Position numbers and translations under genes: made by a program. A stretch of 64,000 bases of DNA from Eledone cirrhosa. Taxonomy: Eukaryota. The stretch is taken from contig OZ024753.1 of the NCBI GenBank assembly GCA_964016885.1, forward strand, positions 23,622,001-23,686,000, read 5' to 3'. This document shows, one piece after another, positions 1 through 15,000 of this stretch. The notes beneath the pieces are model-generated. The model saw only the letters and a list, made by a program, of their open reading frames with translations. It was not told the DNA's origin and searched no databases. Positions within the stretch are counted from its first letter, which is position 1; each line of letters starts with the position of its first letter.

Positions 1-3000
1 TGGTTAATGGGTAAAGGTGAGTAACTGGATGACAGAGATTGCTAGGTTAATGGTTAAAAGTGAGTAAATGGAAGACAGAGATTGCTAGGTTAATCGGTAA
101 AGGTGGGAAATTGGATGACAGAGATTGCTAGTTCAATGGATAAACGTGAGAAAATGGATGACAGAGATTGCTAGGTTAATGGGTAAAGGTCAGACAATGG
201 ATGACAGAGATTGCTTGGTTAATGGGTAAAGGTGAGTAAATGAATTACAGAGGATGCTAGGTTAATGGGTAAAGGTGAGAAAATGGATGACACAGATTGC
301 TAGGTTAATGGGTAAAGGTGAGAAAATGGATGACAGATATTGCTAGGTTAATCGGTAAAGGTGAGAAATTTGATGACAGAGATTCCTAGGTTAATGGGTA
401 AAAGTGAGAAATTTGATGACAGAGATTGCTAGGTTAATGGCTAAAGGTTAGGAAATGGATGACAGAGATTGCTAGGTTAATGGGTAAAAGTAAGAAATTG
501 GATGACAGAGATTGGTAGGTTAATGGGTAAAGGTGAGACAATTGATGACAGAGATTGCTTGGTTAATGGGTAAAGGTGAGAAAATGGATGACAGACATTG
601 CTAGATTAATGGGTAAATGTTAGAAAATGGATTACAGAGATTGGTAGGTTAATGGGTAAAGGTGAGACAATGGATGACAGACATTGCTTGCATAATGGGT
701 AAAGGTGAGAAAATGGATGACAGAGATTACTAGGTTAATGGGTAAATGTTAATAAATGGATGACAGAGATTGCTAGGTTAATGGTTAAAAGTGAGTAAAT
801 GGATGACAGAGATTGCTAGGTTAATCGGTAAAGGTGGGAAATTGGATGACAGACATTGCTAGTTCAATGGGTAAATGTGAGAAAATGGATGACAGAGATT
901 GCTAGGTTAATGGGTAAAGGTGAGTAACTGGATGACAGAGATTGCCAGGTTAAAGGGTAAAGCTGAGTAACTGGATGACAGTGATTGCTAGGTTAATGGT
1001 TAAAAGAGAGAAATTGGATGACAGAGATTGGTAGGTTAATGGGTAAATGTGAGACGATGGATGACAGAGATCGCTTGGTTAATGGGTAAAGGTGAGAAAA
1101 TGGATATCAGAGATTGCTAGGTTAATGGGTAAATGTTAGAAAATGGATGACAGAGATTGCTAGGTTAATGGGTAAAGGTGAGTAAATGGATAACAGAGGT
1201 TGCTAGGTTAATGGGTAAAGGTGAGAAAATGGATGACAGAGATTGCTAGGTTAATCGGTAAAGGTGAGAAATTTGATGACAGATATTCCTAGGTTCATGG
1301 GTAAAAGTGAGAAGTTTGATGACAGAGATTGCTAGGTTAATGGCTAAAGGTTAGGAAATGGATGACAGTGATTGCTAGGTTAATGGGTAAATGTTAGAAA
1401 ATCGATGACAAAGATTGCTATATTAATGGGTAAAGGTGAGAAAATGGATGACAGAGATTGCTAGGTTAATGGGTAAAGGTGAGAAAATGGATGACAGAGT
1501 TTAGTTGGTTAATCGGTAAAGGTGGGAAATTGGATGACAGAGATCGCTAGGTTAATGGTTAAAGGTGAGAAAATGGATGACAGTGATTGCTAGGTTAATG
1601 GGTAAACTTGTGAAAATGGATGACAGAGATTGATCGGTTAATGGGTAAAGGTGAGAAAATGGATGACAGAGATTTGGTAGGTTAATGGGTAAAGGTGAGA
1701 AAATGGATGACAGAGTTTAGTTGGTTAATCGGTAAAGGTGGGAAATTGGATGACAGAGATCGCTAGTTCAATTGGTAAAGGTGAGAAAATGGATGGCAGA
1801 GATCGCTAGGTTAATGGGTAAAGGTGAGTAATTTGATGACAGAGATTGCTAGGTTAATGGGTAAAGGTAAGAAAATGGATGACAGAGATTGGTAGGTTAA
1901 TGTGTAAATGTTAGAAAATGGATGACAGCGATTGGTAGGTTAATGGGTAAAGGTGAGACAATGGATGACAGAGATTGCTTGGATAATGGGTAAAAATGAG
2001 AAACTGGATGACATAGATTGCTAGGTTAATGGGTAAAGGTGAGAAAATGGATGACAGAGATTGCTAAGATAATGGGTAGAGGTGAGAAATTGGTTGATAG
2101 TGATTGCTAGGTTAATGGGTAAATGTGAGAAAATGGATGACAGAGATTGCTTGGTTAAAGGGTAAAGGTGAGTAACTGGAAGACAGAGATTGCTAGGTTA
2201 ATGAGTAAAAGTGAGTAAATGGATGACAGAATTGCTAGGTTAATGGGTAAAGGTGAGAAAATGGATGACAGAGATTGCTATGTTAATGGGTAAGGGTAAG
2301 AAAATGGATGACAGTGATTGCTAGGTTAATGGGTAAAGGTGAGAAAATGGATGAGAGAGTTTGGTAGGTTAATCGGTAAAGGTAGGAAATTGGATGACAG
2401 AGATTGCTAGTTCAATGGGTAAAGGTGAGAATATGGATGGCAGAGATCGCTAGGTTAATGGGTAAAGGTGAGAAATTTGATGGCAGAGATTGCTAGGTTA
2501 ATGGGTAAAGGTAAGATAATGGATGACAGAGATTGGTAGGTTAATGTGTAAATGTTAGAAAATGGATGACAGAGATTGGTAGGTTAATGGGTAAAGGTGA
2601 GACAATGGATGACAGAGATTGCTTGGATAATGGGTAAAAATGAGAAACTGGATGGCAGAGATTGCTAGGTTAATGGGTAGAGGTGAGAAATTGGTTGATA
2701 GTGATTGCTAGGTTAATGGGTAAATGTGAGAAAATGGATGACAGAGATTGCTAGGTTAAAGGGTAAAGGTGAGTAACTGGATGACAGAGATTGCTAGGTT
2801 AATGGGTAAAAGTGAGTAAATGGATTACAGAGGTTGCTAGGTTATTGGGTAAAAGTGAGTAAATGGATGACAGAGATTGCTAGGTTAATGGGTAAAAGTG
2901 ACTAAATGGATGACAGAGATTGCTAGGTTAATGGGTAAAGGTGAGAAAATGGATGACAGAGATTGGTATGTTAATGGGTAAGGGTAAGAAAATGGATGCC

Positions 3001-6000
3001 AGAGATTGCTAGGCTAATGGGTAAAGGTGAGAAAATGGATGACAGTGATTCCTAGGTTAATGGGTAAATGTTAGAAAATGGATGACAGAGATTGCTAGGT
3101 TAATGGGTAAATGTTAGAAAATGGATGACAGAGATTGGTAGGTTAATGGGTAAAGGTGAGACAATGGATGACAGGGATTGCTTGGTTCATGGGAAAAGGT
3201 GAGTAACTGTATGACAGAGATTGCTAGGTTAATGGTTAAAAGTGAGTAAATGGAAGACAGAGATTGCTAGGTTAATCGCTAAAGGTGGGAAATTGGGTGA
3301 CAGAGATTGCTAGTTCAATGGGTAAATGTGAGAAAATGGATGACAGAGATTGCTAGGTTAATGGGTAAAGGTGAGAAATTTGATGACAGAGATATCTAGA
3401 TTAGTGGGCAAAAGTGAGAAATTTGATGACAGAGATTGCTAGGTTAATGGGTAAAGGTGAGAAAATGGATGACAGAGATTGCTAGGTTAATGGGTAAAGC
3501 TGAGAATATGGATGACAGAGATTGCTAGCTTAATGGGTAAACCTGCGAAAATGGATGACAGAGATTGCTAGGTTAATGGGTAAAGGTTAGGAAGTGGATG
3601 ACAGAGATTGCTAGGCTAATGGGTAAAGGTGAGAAAATGGATGACAGTGATTCCTAGGTTAATGGGTAAATGTTAGAAAATGGATGACAGAGAGTGCTAG
3701 GTTAATGGGTAAATGTTAGAAAATGGATGACAGAGATTGCTTGGTTAATGGGTAAAGGTGAGTAACTGGATGACAGAGATTGCTAGGTTAATGGTTAAAA
3801 GTGAGTAAATGGAAGACAGAGATTGCTAGGTTAATCGGTAAAGGTGGGAAATTGGATGACACAGATTGCTAGTTCAATGGATAAATGTGAGAAAAAGGAT
3901 GACAGAGATTGCTAGGTTAATGGGTAAAGGTGAGACAATGGATGACAGAGATTGCTTGGTTAATGGGTAAAGGTGAGTAAATGAATTACAGAGGATGCTA
4001 GGTTAATGGGTAAAGGTGAGAAAATGGATGACAGAGATTGCTAGGTTAATGGGTAAAGGTGAGAAAATGGATGACAGAGATTGCTAGGTTAATCGGTAAA
4101 GGTGAGAAATTTGATGACAGAGATTCCTAGGTTAATGGGTAAAAGTGAGAAATTTGATGACAGAGATTGCTAGGTTAATGGCTAAAGGTTAGGAAATGGA
4201 TGACAGAGATTGCTAGGTTAATGGGTAAAAGTAAGAAATTGGATGACAGAGATTGGTAGGTTAATGGGTAAAGGTGAGACAATTGATGACAGAGATTGCT
4301 TGGTTAATGGGTAAAGGTGAGAAAATGGATGACAGAGATTGCTAGATTAATGGGTAAATATTAGAAAATGGATGACAGAGATTGGTAGGTTAATGGGTAA
4401 AGGTGAGACAATGGATGACAGACATTGCTTGCATAATGGGTAAAGGTGAGAAAATGGATAACAGAGATTACTAGGTTAATGGGTAAATGTTAATAAATGG
4501 ATGACAGAGATTGCTAGGTTAATGGTTAAAAGTGAGTAAATGGATGACAGAGATTGCTAGGTTAATCGGTAAAGGTGGGAAATTGGATGACAGAGATTGC
4601 TAGTTCAATGGGTAAATGTGAGAAAATGGATGACAGAGATTGCTAGGTTAATGGGTAAAGGTGAGAAAATGGATGACAGAGATTTGGTAGGTTAATGGGT
4701 AAAGGTGAGAAAATGGATGACAGAGTTTAGTTGGTTAATCGGTAAAGGTGGGAAATTGGATGACAGAGATTACTAGTTCAATTGGTAAAGGTGCGAAAAT
4801 GGATGACAGAGATTGCTAGGTTAATGGGTAAATGTGAGAAAATGGATGACAGAGATTGCTAGGTTAAAGGGTAAAGGTGAGTAACTGGATGACAGAGATT
4901 GCTAGGTTAATGGGTAAAAGTGAGTAAATGGATTACAGAGGTTGCTAGGTTATTGGGTAAAAGTGAGTAAATGGATGACAGAGATTGCTAGGTTAATGTG
5001 TAAAAGTGAGTAAATGGATGACAGAGATTGCTAGGTTAATGGGTAAAGGTGAGAAAATGGATGACAGAGATTGGTATGTTAATGGGTAAGGGTAAGAAAA
5101 TGGATGCCAGAGATTGCTAGGCTAATGGGTAAAGGTGAGAAAATGGATGACAGTGATTCCTAGGTTAATGGGTAAATGTTAGAAAATGGATGACAGAGAT
5201 TGCTAGGTTAATGGGTAAATGTTAGAAAATGGATGACAGAGATTGGTAGGTTAATGGGTAAAGGTGAGACAATGGATGACAGGGATTGCTTGGTTCATGG
5301 GTAAAGGTGAGTAACTGGATGACAGAGATTGCTAGGTTAATGGTTAAAAGTGAGTAAATGGAAGACAGAGATTGCTAGGTTAATCGCTAAAGGTGGGAAA
5401 TTGGGTGACAGAGATTGCTAGTTCAATGGGTAAATGTGAGAAAATGGATGACAGAGATTGCTAGGTTAATGGGTAAAGGTGAGAAACTTGATGTCAGAGA
5501 TATCTAGATTAGTGGGCAAAAGTGAGAAATTTGATGACAGAGATTGCTAGGTTAATGGGTAAAGGTGAGAAAATGGATGACAGAGATTGCTAGGTTAATG
5601 GGTAAAGCTGAGAATATGGATGACAGAGATTGCTAGCTTAATGGGTAAACCTGCGAAAATGGATGACAGAGATTGATAGGTTAATGGGTAAAGGTTAGGA
5701 AGTGGATGACAGAGATTGCTAGGCTAATGGGTAAAGGTGAGAAAATGGATGACAGTGATTCCTAGGTTAATGGGTAAATGTTAGAAAATGGATGACAGAG
5801 AGTGCTAGGTTAATGGGTAAATGTTAGAAAATGGATGACAGAGATTGGTAGGTTAATGGGTAAAGGTGAGACAATGGATGACAGAGATTGCTTGGTTAAT
5901 GGGTAAAGGTGAGTAGCTGGATGATAGAGATTGCTAGGTTAATGGTTAAAAGTGAGTAAATGGAAGACAGAGATTGCTAGGTTAATCGGTAAAGGTGGGA

Positions 6001-9000
6001 AATTGGATGACACAGATTGCTAGTTCAATGGATAAATGTGAGAAAATGGATGACAGAGATTGCTAGGTTAATGGGTAAAGGTGAGACAATGGATGACAGA
6101 GATTGCTTGGTTAATGGGTAAAGGTGAGTAAATGAATTACAGAGGATGCTAGGTTAATGGGTAAAGGTGAGAAAATGGATGACAGAGATTGCTAGGTTAA
6201 TGGGTAAAGGTGAGAAAATGGATGACAGAGATTGCTAGGTTAATCGGTAAAGGTGAGAAATTTGATGACAGAGATTCCTAGGTTAATGGGTAAAAGTGAG
6301 AAATTTGATGACAGAGATTGCTAGGTTAATGGCTAAAGGTTAGGAAATGGATGACAGAGATTGCTAGGTTAATGGGTAAAAGTAAGAAATTGGATGACAG
6401 ATATTGGTAGGTTAATGGGTAAAGGTGAGACAATTGATGACAGAGATTGCTTGGTTAATGGGTAAAGGTGAGAAAATGGATGACAGAGATTGCTAGATTA
6501 ATGGGTAAATATTAGAAAATGGATGACAGAGATTGGTAGGTTAATGGGTAAAGGTGAGACAATGGATGACAGACATTGCTTGCATAATGGGTAAAGGTGA
6601 GAAAATGGATAACAGAGATTACTAGGTTAATGGGTAAATGTTAATAAATGGATGACAGAGATTGCTAGGTTAATGGTTAAAAGTGAGTAAATGGATGACA
6701 GAGATTGCTAGGTTAATCGGTAAAGGTGGGAAATTGGATGACAGAGATTGCTAGTTCAATGGGTAAATGTGAGAAAATGGATGACAGAGATTGCTAGGTT
6801 AATGGGTAAAGGTGAGAAAATGGATGACAGAGATTTGGTAGGTTAATGGGTAAAGGTGAGAAAATGGATGACAGAGATTGCTAGGTTAATGGGTAAATGT
6901 TAGAAAATGGATGACAGAGATTGGTAGGTTAATGGGTAAAGGTGAGACAATGGATGACAGGGATTGCTTGGTTCATGGGTAAAGGTGAGTAACTGGATGA
7001 CAGAGATTGCTAGGTTAATGGTTAAAAGTGAGTAAATGGAAGACAGAGATTGCTAGGTTAATCGCTAAAGGTGGGAAATTGGGTGACAGAGATTGCTAGT
7101 TCAATGGGTAAATGTGAGAAAATGGATGACAGAGATTGCTAGGTTAATGGGTAAAGGTGAGAAATTTGATGTCAGAGATATCTAGATTAGTGGGCAAAAG
7201 TGAGAAATTTGATGACAGAGATTGCTAGGTTAATGGGTAAAGGTGAGAAAATGGATGACAGAGATTGCTAGGTTAATGGGTAAAGCTGAGAATATGGATG
7301 ACAGAGATTGCTAGCTTAATGGGTAAACCTGCGAAAATGGATGACAGAGATTGATAGGTTAATGGGTAAAGGTTAGGAAGTGGATGACAGAGATTGCTAG
7401 GCTAATGGGTAAAGGTGAGAAAATGGATGACAGTGATTCCTAGGTTAATGGGTAAATGTTAGAAAATGGATGACAGAGAGTGCTAGGTTAATGGGTAAAT
7501 GTTAGAAAATGGATGACAGAGATTGGTAGGTTAATGGGTAAAGGTGAGACAATGGATGACAGAGATTGCTTGGTTAATGGGTAAAGGTGAGTAGCTGGAT
7601 GATAGAGATTGCTAGGTTAATGGTTAAAAGTGAGTAAATGGAAGACAGAGATTGCTAGGTTAATCGGTAAAGGTGGGAAATTGGATGACACAGATTGCTA
7701 GTTCAATGGATAAATGTGAGAAAATGGATGACAGAGATTGCTAGGTTAATGGGTAAAGGTGAGACAATGGATGACAGAGATTGCTTGGTTAATGGGTAAA
7801 GGTGAGTAAATGAATTACAGAGGATGCTAGGTTAATGGGTAAAGGTGAGAAAATGGATGACAGAGATTGCTAGGTTAATGGGTAAAGGTGAGAAAATGGA
7901 TGACAGAGATTGCTAGGTTAATCGGTAAAGGTGAGAAATTTGATGACAGAGATTCCTAGGTTAATGGGTAAAAGTGAGAAATTTGATGACAGAGATTGCT
8001 AGGTTAATGGCTAAAGGTTAGGAAATGGATGACAGAGATTGCTAGGTTAATGGGTAAAAGTAAGAAATTGGATGACAGATATTGGTAGGTTAATGGGTAA
8101 AGGTGAGACAATTGATGACAGAGATTGCTTGGTTAATGGGTAAAGGTGAGAAAATGGATGACAGAGATTGCTAGATTAATGGGTAAATATTAGAAAATGG
8201 ATGACAGAGATTGGTAGGTTAATGGGTAAAGGTGAGACAATGGATGACAGACATTGCTTGCATAATGGGTAAAGGTGAGAAAATGGATAACAGAGATTAC
8301 TAGGTTAATGGGTAAATGTTAATAAATGGATGACAGAGATTGCTAGGTTAATGGTTAAAAGTGAGTAAATGGATGACAGAGATTGCTAGGTTAATCGGTA
8401 AAGGTGGGAAATTGGATGACAGAGATTGCTAGTTCAATGGGTAAATGTGAGAAAATGGATGACAGAGATTGCTAGGTTAATGGGTAAAGGTGAGAAAATG
8501 GATGACAGAGATTTGGTAGGTTAATGGGTAAAGGTGAGAAAATGGATGACAGAGTTTAGTTGGTTAATCGGTAAAGGTGGGAAATTGGATGACAGAGATT
8601 ACTAGTTCAATTGGTAAAGGTGAGAAAATGGATGGCAGAGATCGCTAGGTTAATGGGTAAAGGTGAGAAATTTGATGACAGAGATTGCTAGGTTAATGGG
8701 TAAAGGTAAGAAAATGGATGACAGAGATTGGTAGGTTAATGTGTAAATGTTAGAAAATGGATGACAGCGATTGGTAGGTTAATGGGTAAAGGTGAGACAA
8801 TGGATGACAGAGATTGCTTGGATAATGGGTAAAAATGAGAAACTGGATGACATAGATTGCTAGGTTAATGGGTAAAGGTGAGAAAATGGTTGACAGAGAT
8901 TGCTAAGATAATGGGTAGAGGTGAGAAATTGGTTGATAGTGATTGCTAGGTTAATGGGTAAATGTGAGAAAATGGATGACAGAGATTGCTTGGTTAAAGG

Positions 9001-12000
9001 GTAAAGGTGAGTAACTGGAAGACAGAGATTGCTAGGTTAATGGGTAAAAGTGAGTAAATGGATGAAAGAATTGCTAGGTTAATGGGTAAAGGTGAGAAAA
9101 TGGATGACAGAGATTGCTATGTTAATGGGTAAGGGTAAGAAAATGGATGACAGAGATTGCTAGGTTAATGGGTAAAGGTGAGAAAATGGATGACAGAGTT
9201 TAGTTGGTTAATCGGTAAAGGTGGGAAATTGGATGACAGAGATTGCTAGTTCAATTGGTAAAGGTGAGAAAATGGATGGCAGAGATCGCTAGGTTAATGG
9301 GTAAAGAGAGAAATTTGATGACAGAGATTGCTAGGTTAATGGGTAAAGTTAAGAAAATGGATGACAGAGATTGGTAGGTTAATGTGTAAATGTTAGAAAA
9401 TGGATGACAGCGATTGGTAGGTTAATGGGTAAAGGTGAGACAATGGATGACAGAGATTGCTTGGATAATGGGTAAAAATGAGAAACTGGATGACATAGAT
9501 TGCTAGGTTAATGGGTAAAGGTGAGAAAATGGATGACAGAGATTGCTAGGATAATGGGTAGAGGTGAGTAATTGGTTGATAGTGATTGCTAGGTTAATGG
9601 GTAAATGTGAGAAAATGGATGACAGAGATTGCTAGGTTAAAGGGTAAAAGTGAGTAACTGGATGACAGAGATTGCTAGTTCAATTGGTAAAAGTGAGTAA
9701 ATGGATGACAGAGAATGCTAGGTTAATGGGTAAAAGTGAGTAAATGGATGACAGAGATTGCTAGGTTAATGGGTAAATGTTAGAAAATGGATGACAGTGA
9801 TTGCTAGGTTAATGGGTAAAGGTGTGAAAATGGATGACAGAGATTGGTAGCTAAATGGGTAAAGGTGAAAAATTGGGTGACAGAGATTGCTAGGTTAATG
9901 GGTAAAGGTGAGAAAATGGATGACAGAGATCGCTAGGTTAATGGTTAAAGGTGAGAAAATGGATGACAGAGATCGCTAGGTTAATGGTTAAAGGTGAGAA
10001 AATGGATGACAGTGATTGCTAGGTTAATGGGTAAAGGTGTGAAAATGGATGACAGAGATTGATAGGTTAATGGGTAAAGGTGAGAAAATGGATGACAGAG
10101 ATTGCTAGGTTAATGGGTAAAAATGAGAAACTGGATGACAGAGATTGCTAGGTTAATGGGTAAAGGTGAGAAAATGGATGACAGAGATTGCTAGGTTAAT
10201 GGGTAGAGGTAAGAAATTGGTTGATAGTGATTGCTAGGTTAATGGGTAAATGTGAGAAAATGGATGACAGAGATTGCTAAGTTAAAGGGTAAAGGTGAGT
10301 AACTGGATGACAGAGATTGCTAGGTTAATGGGTAAAAGTGAGTAAATGGATGACAGAGATTGCTAGGTTAATGGGTAAAAGTGAGTAAATGGATGACAGA
10401 ATTGCTAGGTTAATGGGTAAAGGTGCGAAAATGGATGACAGAGATTGCTATGTTAATGGGTAAGGGTAAGAAATTTGATGACAGAGATTGCGAGGTTAAT
10501 GGGTAAAGGTGTTAAAATGGATGAGAGAGTTTGGTAGGTTAATCGGTAAAGGTAGGAAATTGGATGACAGATATTGCTAGTTCAATGGGTAAAGGTGAGA
10601 AAATGGATGGCAGAGATCGCTAGGTTAATGGTTAAAGGTGAGAAATTTGATGGCAGAGATTGCTAGGTTAATGGGTAAAGGTGAGAAAATGGATGAGAGA
10701 GTTTGGTAGGTTAATCGGTAAAGGTAGGAAATTGGATGACAGAGATTGCTAGTTCAATGGGTAAAGGTGAGAAAATGGATGGCAGAGATCGCTAGGTTAA
10801 TGGGTAAAGGTGAGAAATTTGATGGCAGAGATTGCTAGGTTAATGGGTAGAGGTAAGAAAATGGATGACAGAGATTGGTAGGTTAATGTGTAAATGTTAG
10901 AAAATGGATGACAGAAATTGGTAGGTTAATGGGTAAAGGTGAGACAATGGATGACAGAGATTGCTTGGATAATGGGTAAAAATGAGAAACTGGATGACAG
11001 AGATTGCTAGGTTAATGGGTAAAGGTGAGAAAATGGATGACAGAGATTGGTAGGTTAATGTGTAAATGTTAGAAAATGGATGACAGAGATTGGTAGGTTA
11101 ATGGGTAAAGGTGAGACAATGGATGACAGAGATTGCTTGGATAATGGGTAAAAATGAGAAACTGGATGACAGAGATTGCTAGGTTAATGGGTAAAGGTGC
11201 GAAAATGGATGACAGAGATTGCTAGGCTAATGGGTAGAGGTGAGAAATTGGTTGATAGTGATTGCTAGGTTAATGGGTAAATGTGAGAAAATGGATGACA
11301 GAGATTGCTAGGTTAAAGGGTAAAGGTGAGTAACTGGATGACAGAGTTTGCTAGGTTAATGGGTAAAAGTGAGTAAATGGATTACAGAGGTTGCTAGGTT
11401 ATTGGGTAAAAGTGAGTAAATGGATGACAGATATTGCTAGGTTAATGGGTAAAAGTGAGTAAATGGATGACAGAGATTGCTAGGTTAATGGGTAAAGGTG
11501 AGAAAATGGATGACAGAGATTGGTATGTTAATGGGTAAGGGTAAGAAAATGGATGCCAGAGATTGCTAGGCTAATGGGTAAAGGTGAGAAAATGGATGAC
11601 AGTGATTCCTAGGTTAATGGGTAAATGTTAGAAAATGGATGACAGAGATTGCTAGGTTAATGGGTAAATGTTACAAAATGGATGACAGAGATTGGTAGGT
11701 TAATGGGTAAAGGTGAGACAATGGATGACAGGGATTGCTTGGTTCATGCGTAAAGGTGAGTAACTGGATGACAGAGATTGCTAGGTTAATGGTTAAAAGT
11801 GAGTAAATGGAAGACAGAGATTGCTAGGTTAATCGGTAAAGGTGGGAAATTGGGTGACAGAGATTGCTAGTTCAATGGGTAAATGTGAGAAAATGGATGA
11901 CAGAGATTGCTAGGTTAATGGGTAAAGGTGAGAAATTTGATGACAGAGATATCTAGGTTAGTGGGCAAAAGTGAGAAATTTGATGACAGAGATTGCTAGG

Positions 12001-15000
12001 TTAATGGGTAAAGGTGAGAAAATGGATGATAGAGATTGCTAGGTTAATGGGTAAGGCTGAGAATATGGATGACAGAGATTGCTAGCTTACTGGGTAAACC
12101 TGCGAAAATGGATGACAGAGATTGATAGGTTAATGGGTAAAGGTTAGGAAGTGGATGACAGAGATTGCTAGGCTAATGGGTAAAGGTGAGAAAATGGATG
12201 ACAGTGATTCCTAGGTTAATGGGTAAATGTTAGAAAATGGATGACAGAGAGTGCTAGGTTAATGGGTAAATGTTAGAAAATGGATGACAGAGATTGGTAG
12301 GTTAATGGGTAAAGGTGAGACAATGGATGACAGAGATTGCTTGGTTAATGGGTAAAGGTGAGTAGCTGGATGATAGAGATTGCTAGGTTAATGGTTAAAA
12401 GTGAGTAAATGGAAGACAGAGATTGCTAGGTTAATCGGTAAAGGTGGGAAATTGGATGACACAGATTGCTAGTTCAATGGATAAATGTGAGAAAATGGAT
12501 GACAGAGATTGCTAGGTTAATGGGTAAAGGTGAGACAATGGATGACAGAGATTGCTTGGTTAATGGGTAAAGGTGAGTAAATGAATTACAGAGGATGCTA
12601 GGTTAATGGGTAAAGGTGAGAAAATGGATGACAGAGATTGCTAGGTTAATGGGTAAAGGTGAGAAAATGGATGACAGAGATTGCTAGGTTAATCGGTAAA
12701 GGTGAGAAATTTGATGACAGAGATTCCTAGGTTAATGGGTAAAAGTGAGAAATTTGATGACAGAGATTGCTAGGTTAATGGCTAAAGGTTAGGAAATGGA
12801 TGACAGAGATTGCTAGGTTAATGGGTAAAAGTAAGAAATTGGATGACAGATATTGGTAGGTTAATGGGTAAAGGTGAGACAATTGATGACAGAGATTGCT
12901 TGGTTAATGGGTAAAGGTGAGAAAATGGATGACAGAGATTGCTAGATTAATGGGTAAATATTAGAAAATGGATGACAGAGATTGGTAGGTTAATGGGTAA
13001 AGGTGAGACAATGGATGACAGACATTGCTTGCATAATGGGTAAAGGTGAGAAAATGGATAACAGAGATTACTAGGTTAATGGGTAAATGTTAATAAATGG
13101 ATGACAGAGATTGCTAGGTTAATGGTTAAAAGTGAGTAAATGGATGACAGAGATTGCTAGGTTAATCGGTAAAGGTGGGAAATTGGATGACAGAGATTGC
13201 TAGTTCAATGGGTAAATGGGAGAAAATGGATGACAGAGATTGCTAGGTTAATGGGTAAAGGTGAGAAAATGGATGACAGAGATTTGGTAGGTTAATGGGT
13301 AAAGGTGAGAAAATGGATGACAGAGTTTAGTTGGTTAATCGGTAAAGGTGGGAAATTGGATGACAGAGATTACTAGTTCAATTGGTAAAGGTGAGAAAAT
13401 GGATGGCAGAGATCGCTAGGTTAATGGGTAAAGGTGAGAAATTTGATGACAGAGATTGCTAGGTTAATGGGTAAAGGTAAGAAAATGGATGACAGAGATT
13501 GGTAGGTTAATGTGTAAATGTTAGAAAATGGATGACAGCGATTGGTAGGTTAATGGGTAAAGGTGAGACAATGGATGACAGAGATTGCTTGGATAATGGG
13601 TAAAAATGAGAAACTGGATGACATAGATTGCTAGGTTAATGGGTAAAGGTGAGAAAATGGTTGACAGAGATTGCTAAGATAATGGGTAGAGGTGAGAAAT
13701 TGGTTGATAGTGATTGCTAGGTTAATGGGTAAATGTGAGAAAATGGATGACAGAGATTGCTTGGTTAAAGGGTAAAGGTGAGTAACTGGAAGACAGAGAT
13801 TGCTAGGTTAATGGGTAAAAGTGAGTAAATGGATGAAAGAATTGCTAGGTTAATGGGTAAAGGTGAGAAAATGGATGACAGAGATTGCTATGTTAATGGG
13901 TAAGGGTAAGAAAATGGATGACAGAGATTGCTAGGTTAATGGGTAAAGGTGAGAAAATGGATGACAGAGTTTAGTTGGTTAATCGGTAAAGGTGGGAAAT
14001 TGGATGACAGAGATTGCTAGTTCAATTGGTAAAGGTGAGAAAATGGATGGCAGAGATCGCTAGGTTAATGGGTAAAGAGAGAAATTTGATGACAGAGATT
14101 GCTAGGTTAATGGGTAAAGTTAAGAAAATGGATGACAGAGATTGGTAGGTTAATGTGTAAATGTTAGAAAATGGATGACAGCGATTGGTAGGTTAATGGG
14201 TAAAGGTGAGACAATGGATGACAGAGATTGCTTGGATAATGGGTAAAAATGAGAAACTGGATGACATAGATTGCTAGGTTAATGGGTAAAGGTGAGAAAA
14301 TGGATGACAGAGATTGCTAGGATAATGGGTAGAGGTGAGTAATTGGTTGATAGTGATTGCTAGGTTAATGGGTAAATGTGAGAAAATGGATGACAGAGAT
14401 TGCTAGGTTAAAGGGTAAAAGTGAGTAACTGGATGACAGAGATTGCTAGTTCAATTGGTAAAAGTGAGTAAATGGATGACAGAGAATGCTAGGTTAATGG
14501 GTAAAAGTGAGTAAATGGATGACAGAGATTGCTAGGTTAATGGGTAAATGTTAGAAAATGGATGACAGTGATTGCTAGGTTAATGGGTAAAGGTGTGAAA
14601 ATGGATGACAGAGATTGGTAGCTAAATGGGTAAAGGTGAAAAATTGGGTGACAGAGATTGCTAGGTTAATGGGTAAAGGTGAGAAAATGGATGACAGAGA
14701 TCGCTAGGTTAATGGTTAAAGGTGAGAAAATGGATGACAGAGATCGCTAGGTTAATGGTTAAAGGTGAGAAAATGGATGACAGTGATTGCTAGGTTAATG
14801 GGTAAAGGTGTGAAAATGGATGACAGAGATTGATAGGTTAATGGGTAAAGGTGAGAAAATGGATGACAGAGATTGCTAGGTTAATGGGTAAAAATGAGAA
14901 ACTGGATGACAGAGATTGCTAGGTTAATGGGTAAAGGTGAGAAAATGGATGACAGAGATTGCTAGGTTAATGGGTAGAGGTAAGAAATTGGTTGATAGTG